Shown piece by piece: positions 26,781 through 36,094 of a DNA stretch of 64,000 nucleotides. Origin of the DNA: Bacillota bacterium (GTDB taxonomy: Bacteria; Bacillota; Clostridia; Christensenellales; CAG-138); NCBI GenBank assembly GCA_023435025.1, contig JAEYSE010000093.1, positions 10,073 through 74,072 of the forward strand, given 5' to 3'. Position 1 is the stretch's first letter. Every line of letters starts with the position of its first letter. The notes below the pieces were generated by a model, which was given only the letters and a program-made list of their open reading frames with translations, was not told the DNA's origin and did not search any database. The position numbers were made by a program, and so were the translations under genes.

Positions 26781-28184
26781 TTAGCGGATCAAACGAATTT
26801 TTTCTACGTCTGGTCCAAAAACTTCGGGCGGTATATCCGGTGGGCGCGCCTCAAGGTTGGCTGGTATCCCAATGAGCCGATACGCAATCAAGCTGCCAAA
26901 GAACCGAGTATTGTTTCCACTCAATTCTACACTTCCCTTGGGCGCATATACCACACCGGATACCCTTGTATCCCCCGTTACCATGTAGATATTGCCGTTT
27001 TTTGAGTATACGCAGACGCTATCCGTCTGGCGCATCTGCATGCCGTTTCCGTTGAAGGTGATGTTCCCCCCGGCAAATACATTGCCCGTACCGGTAAAAC
27101 TGTTGCCCATGTTGAGCTTGCCTTCGGCAAAAATTGTCCCGTCATGCGTGACGGAGCCGCCGGTGAAATTGATATCCTCACCGGAATAAAGCGTACCTGT
27201 TCCGACATAGCTGTTGCCAAACGTAATGGTCCCCGTCACATATAGGTTACCATTCAGCGTGCATACCGGCGCTTCGCCCGTAATCTTGAGATCTCCGTTC
27301 ACATATACGTTGCCGTTCAGCACTGCGCGGCCCATCTCCAGGTTGCCGTCGACATAAAGCGTATTGCCACCCGTCAGCACGGCTTTTCCTGCAATTTTCA
27401 AATTCCCCATGCAGTGCATGGTATTGTTGATTGCGGCCTCCGTGCAGTTGATTGTGGTACTGCCCGTCATCACCGTATAGCTAGAGAACGTCTGATACGC
27501 GTTCCACGGGAGGTTGCCCGAGCCAAGGTTGGTATATGTTGCAGGTCTCTGGGGCAGCGTTGGCTGCTTCGGGCGCGTTTGGGCTTCCACACCAGAAAAG
27601 TCCGGCATATCGATAAACGGCGCTCCGGGCACCTGCGAACCCGCTGTCATGGTAGAGGTATTGATATATACCTCGTCACACGCTTCGGCTGCGCCCGTAA
27701 TTCTACCCCAGCCGGGGCTTGCGTGCAGAGAGCCATTGGAATGAATGTTGCCTTGGATATTGAAGTTGCCGCCCATCTTGAATGTATAATCCGGATCGCC
27801 GCTGAAGAGTAGGTAATCGTAGGGCCACAGGCCGTTTTCCTTATACTTTTCCGCGCTGGCACCGGCAGATACGGCATTCGTTACCTTGCCCATTACGGTG
27901 GAAAAGCCCGCCTGTACCTCTTCCCTGCCCACCGCAGTAATGACCATATTGGAGTTTTCAAAGGAGATGATGACCTCATCTTTGGAAAAGCCGTTCTGTT
28001 CAATGTAGTATTCGGCTTCCCGCTTCGCCGCGACCGTATCGGGCAGCATAGAGGCCCCCGCCATGACGGCCGCGTCAAGCGCCGTTTGCAATCTCGAGTT
28101 TTGCAGGTACAGTACACTGCCATCCACGGCCAAAGCGCCAAACGCCATCAGGACCGAAAGCGCGATCGCCACCACAATCAGCAC
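26781..28184 (-). CDS. TadG-like pilus-associated protein (Tad N-terminal domain plus beta-helix-like Gly/Asn repeats)
   Basis: GTG start 10 nt after GAAGGAG. The N-terminus VLIVVAIALSVLMAFGALAVDGSVLYLQNSRLQTALDAAVMAGA matches the TadE/G-like domain. The C-terminal half holds GN-x-x-[VI]-x-G repeats ending ...GVVYAPKGSVELSGNN. An in-frame TGA lies 2 codons upstream (see findings). Confidence 0.8.
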   Translation of the reverse strand: MLIVVAIALSVLMAFGALAVDGSVLYLQNSRLQTALDAAVMAGASMLPDTVAAKREAEYYIEQNGFSKDEVIISFENSNMVITAVGREEVQAGFSTVMGKVTNAVSAGASAEKYKENGLWPYDYLLFSGDPDYTFKMGGNFNIQGNIHSNGSLHASPGWGRITGAAEACDEVYINTSTMTAGSQVPGAPFIDMPDFSGVEAQTRPKQPTLPQRPATYTNLGSGNLPWNAYQTFSSYTVMTGSTTINCTEAAINNTMHCMGNLKIAGKAVLTGGNTLYVDGNLEMGRAVLNGNVYVNGDLKITGEAPVCTLNGNLYVTGTITFGNSYVGTGTLYSGEDINFTGGSVTHDGTIFAEGKLNMGNSFTGTGNVFAGGNITFNGNGMQMRQTDSVCVYSKNGNIYMVTGDTRVSGVVYAPKGSVELSGNNTRFFGSLIAYRLIGIPANLEARPPDIPPEVFGPDVEKIRLIR

Positions 28185-28249
28185 AGGCGTTCAGCTCCTT
28201 CCCCGCGGCAGCATCCGCCGCTCAAGCCAGGCACGTTCCATTCACGCCA

Positions 28250-28288
28250 ACGAACAAAAGAAAGCAGCCAACCCGAAGGGTCAGCTGC
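28250..28288 (-). terminator. intrinsic terminator (expression platform of riboswitch C)
   Basis: On the minus strand, gcagcugaccc-uuc-ggguuggcugc (11 bp with two G-U pairs valid only on this strand) followed by TTTCTTTTGTT. Confidence 0.7.
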
Positions 28289-28332
28289 CAAACATCCAAC
28301 ACATGCCTAAACAGGCATATTGCATGATTGAT

Positions 28333-28416
28333 GCGGCAACTGGCTGCCTTGGGTCAATATGACCGGTAGGCCCTTTAGCTTTGCGTCACCGGCTTTCACC
28401 GGCTTTGCCTTTATCG
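28333..28416 (-). promoter_or_regulatory. c-di-GMP-I (GEMM-I) riboswitch aptamer, copy C, upstream of the tadG-like gene
   Basis: RNA sense is aaAGGCAAAgccggu-GAAA-gccggugACGCAAAGCUAAAGGGCCUACCGGuca-uau-ugaCCCAAGGCAGCCAGUUGCC. Same core as copies A and B, with compensatory stem changes. Confidence 0.8.
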
Positions 28417-28445
28417 CTTAACAGATTGCTCCATTAAGTAATCAC

Positions 28446-28474
28446 AGTATAGTACATGCATATATGGTTGTCAA
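28446..28474 (-). promoter_or_regulatory. sigma-A-type promoter of the tad operon
   Basis: On the minus strand, TTGACA-17 nt (accatatatgcatgtac)-TATACT. It lies about 30 nt upstream of riboswitch C. Confidence 0.6.
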
Positions 28475-28503
28475 ACAGTTTTTTGCAAATTATAACAGCA
28501 ATT

Positions 28504-29475
28504 TTAATTATGTTGATTGTCCTGACCCTCCAAAAGTGGAAGCAGGTAGCCGTACCCCTGTTGTTCCATCTCCGCTTTCGGTACAAAGCGCAGCGCAGCG
28601 CTGTTGATGCAGTATCGTAACCCGCCCAGCTCCTTCGGGCCGTCGTTGAACACATGCCCCAGGTGCGCATCGCCCGCACGGCTTTTTACCTCTGTACGCC
28701 GCCTGCTTAGCGAATTGTCCTCAAATTCCTTTACCACAAACGGATCGATTGGTTTACTAAAGCTGGGCCAGCCGCAGCCGCTTTCAAATTTATCCGTAGA
28801 GGCGAACAACGGCTCCCCCGACGTGATGTCCACATAGATACCGGGCCTGAACGTATCCCAATGCTGGTTATGAAAGGGAGGCTCTGTCGCCGCATGCTGC
28901 GTGACCTCGTAGGAAAGCGGGGACAGCGTGCGCTTGAGCGCTTCTTCTTCCATGGCGGGATAGTCCGCCGGGTTCACCCTGGCCTCCGCTGCCATTTTAA
29001 TTTTGTTCATGCCGATGTGGCAGTACCCGCCTGGATTTTTATCCAAATACAGCTGGTGGTATTCTTCCGCGGGGTAGAAATTTTCTAGCGGCCCGTACTC
29101 GACGGCAGGCTGCTGCCTTAGCCGTGCTTTGAGGCCGTTTAGGGAACGCTCGATTACCGGTCGGTCGGCTTCGTCCACATAATAGATGCCGGTGCGGTAC
29201 TGCGTGCCCACGTCCCCGCCCTGCCGGTTGAGGGAGATTGGGTCGATCGCCTCATAATAAAGCTCCAGCAAAAACCCCAGCGGCAATACTTCAGGATTGT
29301 ATTCCACCTTTACGGTCTCTGCATGGCCGGTATTCCTACGGCAGACATCCTCATAAGTAGGGTTCTCCGTCTTGCCATTTGCATATCCAACTTCCGTCGT
29401 AATGACGCCGCGGACGGCACGCAGATATTTTTCCGCGCCCCAGAAGCAGCCGCCAGCCAGATAAATGATCGCCAT
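28504..29475 (-). CDS. msrAB: bifunctional methionine sulfoxide reductase MsrA/MsrB
   Basis: N-terminal MsrA motif AGGCFWG. C-terminal MsrB motifs GCGWPSF and [12 protein letters not shown]. Confidence 0.9.
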   Translation of the reverse strand: MAIIYLAGGCFWGAEKYLRAVRGVITTEVGYANGKTENPTYEDVCRRNTGHAETVKVEYNPEVLPLGFLLELYYEAIDPISLNRQGGDVGTQYRTGIYYVDEADRPVIERSLNGLKARLRQQPAVEYGPLENFYPAEEYHQLYLDKNPGGYCHIGMNKIKMAAEARVNPADYPAMEEEALKRTLSPLSYEVTQHAATEPPFHNQHWDTFRPGIYVDITSGEPLFASTDKFESGCGWPSFSKPIDPFVVKEFEDNSLSRRRTEVKSRAGDAHLGHVFNDGPKELGGLRYCINSAALRFVPKAEMEQQGYGYLLPLLEGQDNQHN

Positions 29476-29547
29476 CCTATAACCCTCTTTCTTAAAGCAC
29501 TGTATTTATCATACCCGGTCAACAGGCCACATTAACCGTGCGGTGGG

Positions 29548-29585
29548 CATAAAAACGCCGCCGGAAACACGTTCCCATGCGGCGT
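29548..29585 (-). terminator. rho-independent terminator after the diguanylate cyclase gene
   Basis: On the minus strand, acgccgc...ggaaacguguuucc...gcggcgu is a near-continuous stem followed by TTTTTAT. Confidence 0.7.
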
Positions 29586-29641
29586 ATGCATTTACCATTC
29601 GAGTATAAGGCTTAAACGAGTGCGCCGTCAATCCGGCAGGT

Positions 29642-31531
29642 TCAGGCGCTGTACGCGCCATTATAGGCAATACACTGATTCTTACCCTTGCTCTTGGCCA
29701 AGTACAGCGCGGAATCCGCCTTTTGGTACAGTTCGTCAAAACTCGTAGTATCCGTGCCGGAGCAGGGGCATATTCCGATGCTGCACGTTACCTGCAGCCC
29801 GTTATGGAACTGGCCGGAAAGCGTGCGTACGGTGGTGCAAAGCTCGTCCCCTTTTAAGTAGGCATGGGCGTCGTCCCCGATGTCCTTTAAAAACACCACG
29901 AATTCATCCCCACCCATGCGGCCCACAATATCCGAACTCCGGAACACCTTGCGCATTTGCTCCGCCATCGCCATCAAAAGATGATCTCCCGTCAGGTGGC
30001 CGTAGGTATCGTTGATGCGTTTGAAGCCGTCAAGATCTACCACCATTAAGGCATGCCGGTTGACAAGGCCTTCTTTGCGCTGTAATGCGAGGAATTCGTC
30101 TATTTTGTTCTGCGTGGTTTCACGGTTTAACACCTTGGTAAGCGAATCTTGTGCGGCGCGGCCCTGCAGGCGCTGGAGCTCACGCTTCTGTTTGTCGATG
30201 TTCATGATCTTTCCCAGGAACCGTATGGCATTGCCCGCGTTGTCCCGCATGGCGTAACACTGTACATGCAGCCAGACCAGCACGCTGTCTGTAGCGTATA
30301 TGCGGAACTGTACCTCCGCTTTTTCTTCGCCCGCACACATGATTTCCACCATATTGTTAATCGCCTGGCGGTCCTCCGAATAGACGCGCTTGTGGTTCTG
30401 GAGGAGGTCGTCTATCGTCTTTATGTTGGGTAAATAGCTTAAATGCTTGTGATAATTCTGGTTGAACGATATGCGCTGCGTACGCATGTCCACCTCGAAT
30501 ATGATGTCGTTGGTAAGGTTCTCCAGGAACCGGTAGCGTTCCTCGCTGCGCTTTAATAGCTCTTTTTCGTTCTGCAATTGCAGCACATGGCGATGGTTGG
30601 AATGGAATACGTAAATGAGCATTCCTGCAAACACCACAAGAATGCCCGCAACCAGCAGCAGCATCCGCTGCGCGTCGATCCCTTCCAGCCTTGCCGCGGC
30701 GAAATCCGGCACCCCGCTGACCAGCATAAAGGACGACGGCGCAAGCTGCGTATAGCTCATGTGGAATGTATCCCGCCCAAGAAGGAAGGAAAGCGTGCCG
30801 CTCTCCTGTTGGCCGAGGCTCCTTTTCAACTGCTGCGCAAGCGCCTTTCCTCCGGCGCTGTTGGACGCCTGCACGGTATCCGCAAAATTGTCCCCCGGCA
30901 GAAACGTATCACCGGTGGAGCAAACGACCTGCCCGTCCGCAGAAAGCAGGACACGTACCCCTTTTTCCCCGAACACGCTTCCGCCGATTTGCATTTGCAG
31001 CGCTTCATGTGTGAGGCTGCCGTATAGTACGCCCACAATTTCGCCTCCCGCCTGAGCGGGAACGCATAAAATCAGGCCTGGGGTGTTCTCGTCCGCCATG
31101 GAAGGCAGGTACGCAACCGTCCGCGTACCGCTGACTGCGGTTTGAAAAAACGTTTCCTTTGAGACGTCAACTTCGCTGTCCACATACTTTATCCTGCCGG
31201 ACTTGTCCGCAAAGCGGATATCGGCAAATCCGCCTAGGTTTTCCGCCACCTCAACCGCCGACTTAAGCGCACCCTCCGGCGCTTCGCTAGCTACAACGAG
31301 TTCGCCAAGCGCAAAAAGCGTATCCTGCTGGCTGTTGAGATATCCTCTGAAGGAGCCTGACACTGCCCGTGATTCCTGCAAAAGCCGGTCATAGGTAGCC
31401 GTGACCAACCGGTTGCTGAGCATCAAGCTGGCCAAAAGTAACGCCAGCAGGCAGATGAAAACCGTGCCCGTTACCAATAACAGCGTCTTATGATCTCTGC
31501 TTTCATGTTTCTTTTCTTCCATGGTATGCAT
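29642..31531 (-). CDS. membrane-bound Cache-PAS-GGDEF diguanylate cyclase
   Basis: An N-terminal TM segment, a periplasmic-type sensor region, a second TM segment and a PAS-like region precede the GGDEF domain. That domain reads FKRINDTYGHLTGDHLL...RSSDIVGRMGGDEFVVF, giving an intact GGDEF motif, an RxxD I-site 5 residues upstream, and Asp at the GTP-specificity position. Confidence 0.9.
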   Translation of the reverse strand: MHTMEEKKHESRDHKTLLLVTGTVFICLLALLLASLMLSNRLVTATYDRLLQESRAVSGSFRGYLNSQQDTLFALGELVVASEAPEGALKSAVEVAENLGGFADIRFADKSGRIKYVDSEVDVSKETFFQTAVSGTRTVAYLPSMADENTPGLILCVPAQAGGEIVGVLYGSLTHEALQMQIGGSVFGEKGVRVLLSADGQVVCSTGDTFLPGDNFADTVQASNSAGGKALAQQLKRSLGQQESGTLSFLLGRDTFHMSYTQLAPSSFMLVSGVPDFAAARLEGIDAQRMLLLVAGILVVFAGMLIYVFHSNHRHVLQLQNEKELLKRSEERYRFLENLTNDIIFEVDMRTQRISFNQNYHKHLSYLPNIKTIDDLLQNHKRVYSEDRQAINNMVEIMCAGEEKAEVQFRIYATDSVLVWLHVQCYAMRDNAGNAIRFLGKIMNIDKQKRELQRLQGRAAQDSLTKVLNRETTQNKIDEFLALQRKEGLVNRHALMVVDLDGFKRINDTYGHLTGDHLLMAMAEQMRKVFRSSDIVGRMGGDEFVVFLKDIGDDAHAYLKGDELCTTVRTLSGQFHNGLQVTCSIGICPCSGTDTTSFDELYQKADSALYLAKSKGKNQCIAYNGAYSA

Positions 31532-31719
31532 GTTGTTATACCCACAAATGCACGTCGCCCAAGCCTTACACCAGCATATATAGATGCGCCGAATCTATAG
31601 CGCAAAGCGAAATCGTTTACTTTGACGTTATCTTATTATACGAAAAAGCGGCATGTCAATCGTTTCCCAAAAATTATACAAAAAACTTGAATTTTGTATA
31701 CAGCCCGTGTCGAATGCGG

Positions 31720-33618
31720 TCACCCCTCCGCCTGCTCGGCAATCTGAAGATATTGCAGCATCATCTTCAAACCCCTTCCGCGGTCCGGATGGACGCGGAT
31801 ACTTCTGAGCTTGAGTATGTCGATATAGTTGGAAAGCGCGTTTACAAGCGCGGGTTGTGCGGTAGCCATGGCAATGCAGGGCTTGTCCAGCTTGCGTATG
31901 AGCGCTCCCGTTCCCTGGCGCACCATAAGCTTGATATTATGGAACGGCACTTGGGGCAAAAGATATATGCTGTAACCCGGATACGTGCGTAACAGTTCAA
32001 TCGTCGTCCGGATATGTTCGGCGTACTCCGCGGGCGTATATGCAACGCGCGCGCTGCCGTCCAACCACGGAAGTTCCACCTGCACTCGGCCCTCGGACAA
32101 CGCCGCCGGGTCCGCAAGGCAGATATAATCCGATATGCTATACAAGGACAGGTTCTTGGTTGCGCGCTTTACCGCAAGCTGATGATACGTTAAAATGCGC
32201 TCCCTTGTTTCCTCCGGAACCCCTGTCCGCTTGAGCATCCGCTCCATCAGGGACGGGGAAATGGTATACGCGGAAAGCGAATGCAGCACCACGTCCGTAT
32301 CGCCCGGCGCGCGCTCGAAAGCCGAAAGGAACCGCTGGTACTGCGTCTGCATTTCTTCGCTGAACATCTGGGCTGAAACACAGCCAAATTCGCAAAGCGC
32401 ATCAAGCTGCTTATGAAGGTTTTCAATCAGTTCCTCATTGTGCGTGTACAAATAAGACGCAAAAGGTGCCATATTGGTTACACAAAAAGATTGAACTGCG
32501 GCAAGTTTATCCGCCAGCAACAGCGTACAGTCAAACCGCCGCATCGCCGGCCTTGGGAGCAGGTACAGGTTCAGCTTGCCTGTCATGAACAACGGAATCC
32601 AGCGTTCAATTGTAAGGAGTAATCGGTGTAGGCTGGCGTCCATACTGATGATAAATGTGATGCGCGTTCCCTGATCCATAATGCGTTTCAATTGCTCCGG
32701 CCATGCATTCAAAAACGCTTCGTCCTCCAGCACCCATTGAATGTCCAGGTCTGAAAACATGCGAAGTTCCCGGACGTTCCCATCCGCACATATACTTTCA
32801 ATCAGGCGTGCCGCAGCGCGGCGCAGCCCGGCGTTGCCCTGGTAAATATCCATCACTCCGGAATGAAGCGTTACCGGGTCGTCCGTCTGAACAGGGGCGA
32901 GGTTCACCAGTGCCGGGCGCATGGAATCGAGCGTTTCTAAGAGATCGTCCACATAGACGCAATCCGTATTCGCGCTTCCCGCCTGCAAATAACTGCGCAG
33001 CGCGTCAAGCAGGGCTTCCCTGTCCTCCGTGGGCTCCATACGGAGGATGCCAAAGAGCGCTCTTCGCTGCCGCGAGGTATAGTCCCGCAAAGAAAAAAAC
33101 GTGCATATGTTGGCAACCAGCCTTTTATTGGCACCAGGGACGCGCACCCCTGAGCGGAAGCGGCTAATCAAAGAAGCGTCCACATTGAGATGTCGGGCAA
33201 GCGATGTATTGGTGACCTCCGCCGCGCGAATGAGCGCATCCAGTTTTTCCGCAAACGCGCCCTCCCCATGATGTTGGGTAGAGACCAAAGGCCGCTGCAG
33301 CTTATGAGCGCGCTGGGGCCTTAAACTGGAATCCGGCATATTGATCCACGCGTTGACTGCGTCCGAAATGGCGCTGACTTCTCCGCATTCCGGTGCGCCG
33401 CAAAGCGCGCAAATCTTATTTTGGCTTTTTTGCTTCAGCGCAAGCGCCGCCACGCCCATGGAGAGCTTGTCCAGCTGGGGACTAAAACGGGACGGAATCC
33501 TTTCGCCGTTGTAGAAACGGCTGATCAAAGAAGCGTCCAGCCCTGATGCCCGCGCAAGCTCGGTACGGGAAACGCCCAGTTCTTTTAACACCAGCCCAAT
33601 TTTCTCATGAAACAGCAT
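31720..33618 (-). CDS. large regulator with two N-terminal XRE-like HTH modules and an uncharacterised roughly 400-aa C-terminal region
   Basis: Two HTH modules: KELGVSRTELARASGLDASLISRFYNGERIPS and AAEVTNTSLARHLNVDASLISRFRSGVRVPG. I recognise no motif in the rest of the protein. Confidence 0.7.
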   Translation of the reverse strand: MLFHEKIGLVLKELGVSRTELARASGLDASLISRFYNGERIPSRFSPQLDKLSMGVAALALKQKSQNKICALCGAPECGEVSAISDAVNAWINMPDSSLRPQRAHKLQRPLVSTQHHGEGAFAEKLDALIRAAEVTNTSLARHLNVDASLISRFRSGVRVPGANKRLVANICTFFSLRDYTSRQRRALFGILRMEPTEDREALLDALRSYLQAGSANTDCVYVDDLLETLDSMRPALVNLAPVQTDDPVTLHSGVMDIYQGNAGLRRAAARLIESICADGNVRELRMFSDLDIQWVLEDEAFLNAWPEQLKRIMDQGTRITFIISMDASLHRLLLTIERWIPLFMTGKLNLYLLPRPAMRRFDCTLLLADKLAAVQSFCVTNMAPFASYLYTHNEELIENLHKQLDALCEFGCVSAQMFSEEMQTQYQRFLSAFERAPGDTDVVLHSLSAYTISPSLMERMLKRTGVPEETRERILTYHQLAVKRATKNLSLYSISDYICLADPAALSEGRVQVELPWLDGSARVAYTPAEYAEHIRTTIELLRTYPGYSIYLLPQVPFHNIKLMVRQGTGALIRKLDKPCIAMATAQPALVNALSNYIDILKLRSIRVHPDRGRGLKMMLQYLQIAEQAEG

Positions 33619-33993
33619 GTCTCTTCTCCTTCGTTGCCGCGCGATCCCCTTTATTGGGGTACGGCATTTTTACGGGGAAGATAAATGGGGGCAACGATGG
33701 AGGCCCAGATCTCCAACCCGAAAGCACCGGAATATATATGTCGTATTCGTCAGGACAACCAAGGCGATTGAAATACAAAGCCGTATGCTCCCACACCAAA
33801 CCCAGGAACCATGAACGGAGATAAAGATAGGGCGGACAAGAGGCTGCTTTTTGTAGATCAGGGGCGCCGCAATGCCCCCTTCTGGTTGCAAGAACTTTCA
33901 TGTAACAACATTACATGTATTTATTCATATTATACGATATTTATCAGGCGAAATAAAGCAATGCACCCGAAATATGACATTTGCTGTTTTTAA

Positions 33994-34025
33994 CACAAAA
34001 AAGGAGGGCAGTGCCCTCCTTTTTA
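33994..34025. terminator. bidirectional-looking terminator hairpin downstream of pyk
   Basis: aaaaaAGGAGGGC-agt-GCCCTCCTtttt, with A and T runs on both sides, 12 nt from the pyk stop. Confidence 0.65.
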
Positions 34026-34036
34026 ACTCTTATTTG

Positions 34037-35797
34037 CTATTTGCCCGCGCCGGAGTAGCAGCTGTCCCCGTTGTACACGACGCCGCTCTTCGCGTCCACC
34101 GTAGCCAGGCAGCCGGTCTTTAAAAGCTGTGCCGCACCCTCGGCCCCCGCTACAAGCGGAAGGTCCAGCGCAAGGCATGCGGAAGCGGCCCCTGAATCCG
34201 CCATATTTTCCTCCGTCACCACGGCAAGCGCACGGCGCATTTCGTGCAGCACGGCATTGGTGGTGTGGTCGATGACGAGGATATCGTTGTCATGGAAGTT
34301 CTTGATATCGTCGGGACTGGTCACCACGCATACCCGCCCGGTAATGGGCGCAAGACCGTTGCCCACGCCACGCACAAGCGCTGTGCCCAGCACGTGAATC
34401 TGCAGCGTGTTCGTGATTTCCCCCACGCGGTCCGACGAACCGGTGATCACGATGATATCTCCATCGTGTGCAAGGTCGGCTTCCTGCACCTTGCGGGCGG
34501 CGTCCAAAAACAATTCCTGGCTACTTGACCTGTAATCGTTCATCAGCGGCGTCACACCCCAGGAAAGCGCGAGCTGCCGGTAGGTGCGCGGGTTGGGCGT
34601 AATCGCGACGATAGGCGTTGCCGGGCGGAAGCGGGATACCATGCGCGCGGTGGAGCCCGTACGCGTGACGGTTACAATTGCCGCAGCCTCCAGATCGTGC
34701 GCGGTGGTGCAGGTTGCGTGGGAAATGGCGTTGATGACGCTCTTGTCAAGCTCCGGCCGGGCGTTGTTGAAATTCGTTTTATAATCGATAAACTCCTCGG
34801 TGCGTTCGGCAATCTTCACCATGGTGCGTATGGTTTCCACAGGGTACTTGCCGTTTGCCGTCTCACCCGAAAGCATCAGCGCGCTTGTGCCGTCGTATAT
34901 GGCATTGGCGACGTCGGTGATCTCCGCACGGGTTGGGCGGGCGTTCCTCACCATGGACTCCAGCATCTGCGTGGCGGTGATGACGCGCTTGCCCGCGCTG
35001 TAGCACTTGGTGATCAGCTGCTTCTGCAGGTACGGAAGCTCTTCAAACGGAATCTCCACGCCCATATCCCCGCGCGCCACCATAATGCCTGCGGACAGGC
35101 GAATAATTTCGTCGATGTGCTCAATACCGGAGCGATTTTCGATTTTTGCGATCAACTCAATACCTGTCGCGCCGTGGCGTGCAAGGAACCGCTTGACGTC
35201 CATTACGTCCTGAGCGGTGCGCACAAAGGAGAGCGCGACATAGTCCAGCTCGTTTTCCGCTGCAAAGAGTATATCCTCCTGGTCCCGCTCGGACAGGTAC
35301 GGCATATCGATATACAGGCCCGGCAGGTTGACGCTTTTACTGTTGGAAAGCGGTCCGCCATTCACCACACGGCAGACAATGTTCTCTTCATCCGCGCTCA
35401 AAACAGAAAGTTCAATGAGCCCGTCGTCGAGCATGATACTGTCGCCGGGCTTGACACAGCCGGGCAGCGCAGCATAGTTGATATAGGCTATGCTTTGATC
35501 GCCTTCGCACTCCTTCGTGGTGAGGGTGAATGTGTCACCTTCATTGAGCTGAATTTTCCCCTTCTGAAACCGGCCGATACGGATTTCGGGCCCTCGCGTG
35601 TCCAACATGATGGCAAGGGGGACCTTCATTTCTTCCCGCAGCTCCTTCAGGCGGTCCACACGAACTTTATGTTCTGCGTGGTCGCCATGGGAAAAGTTCA
35701 GCCGGGCTACGTTCATACCCGCCAAAATCATCTGGCGAAGCGTTTCTTTGGCCTCCGAAGCGGGGCCGATTGTGCATACAATCTTGGTCTTTCTCAT
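34037..35797 (-). CDS. pyk: pyruvate kinase with C-terminal PEP-utilising-enzyme mobile-domain extension
   Basis: MRKTKIVCTIGPASE...NFSHGDH...MVARGDMGVEIP is canonical pyruvate kinase. The 586-aa length comes from an extra C-terminal roughly 100-aa domain (GRVCVV...VIDHTTNAVLH...), as in many Firmicutes pyruvate kinases. Confidence 0.95.
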   Translation of the reverse strand: MRKTKIVCTIGPASEAKETLRQMILAGMNVARLNFSHGDHAEHKVRVDRLKELREEMKVPLAIMLDTRGPEIRIGRFQKGKIQLNEGDTFTLTTKECEGDQSIAYINYAALPGCVKPGDSIMLDDGLIELSVLSADEENIVCRVVNGGPLSNSKSVNLPGLYIDMPYLSERDQEDILFAAENELDYVALSFVRTAQDVMDVKRFLARHGATGIELIAKIENRSGIEHIDEIIRLSAGIMVARGDMGVEIPFEELPYLQKQLITKCYSAGKRVITATQMLESMVRNARPTRAEITDVANAIYDGTSALMLSGETANGKYPVETIRTMVKIAERTEEFIDYKTNFNNARPELDKSVINAISHATCTTAHDLEAAAIVTVTRTGSTARMVSRFRPATPIVAITPNPRTYRQLALSWGVTPLMNDYRSSSQELFLDAARKVQEADLAHDGDIIVITGSSDRVGEITNTLQIHVLGTALVRGVGNGLAPITGRVCVVTSPDDIKNFHDNDILVIDHTTNAVLHEMRRALAVVTEENMADSGAASACLALDLPLVAGAEGAAQLLKTGCLATVDAKSGVVYNGDSCYSGAGK

Positions 35798-35949
35798 TCT
35801 ATTTTTTTACTCCTTATCGGAAATCGAATTCTTCCACATATAGCAGTATATCAGATTACATGCAAATGAAAAGTAAAATTTCATCCATTCATCTGCCAAT
35901 TTTTGCTTTTGCTATGCATTGCCTTTAGTATGGCCTTGCGCTGGCATTT

Positions 35950-35995
35950 TCAAAATAAGAGCGCGGCTCCGCATGGGGAGCCGCGCTCTTATTAT
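35950..35995 (-). terminator. rho-independent terminator downstream of the MFS gene
   Basis: 14-bp stem aagagcgcggctcc/ggagccgcgctctt. On the minus strand it is followed by aTTTTgaaaa. Confidence 0.6.
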
Positions 35996-36094
35996 AACGC
36001 TTAGTTATATTTGGCTTATTCTAAGCCACGGAAAATACATGCACCGAAACGTTATCCACCAGTTTGGCGGGGCTCGCTTCTCCCAATTGTATTT

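Noticed and set aside
26105-28416. The three roughly 85-nt repeats considered as a CRISPR array, a REP/MITE family or iterons.
   Set aside because: The spacing is irregular (about 490 and 1740 nt) with a gene in between. There are no flanking direct repeats or cas genes. The sequences match a known riboswitch core, and each has a downstream terminator.
34004-34018. The same 15-mer palindrome-like hairpin GAGGGCAGTGCCCTC downstream of pyk (34004-34018) and, inverted, downstream of pyrG (50764-50778).
   Set aside because: It is a short 6-bp GC stem that can easily recur by chance in terminator regions. The flanks are unrelated.
33619-34036. A 400-nt gap between the double-HTH gene and pyk with several 60-98-aa ORFs on both strands.
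   Set aside because: None has an RBS, plausible composition or a recognisable motif. The region is best read as the promoter and leader of the HTH gene plus the pyk terminator. One GC hairpin (ggggc-gccgcaat-gcccc) has no flanking conservation I can evaluate.
34697-35869. A 390-aa ORF on the plus strand opposite pyk.
   Set aside because: It is a shadow ORF of an unmistakable pyruvate kinase gene, with no RBS and no motifs.
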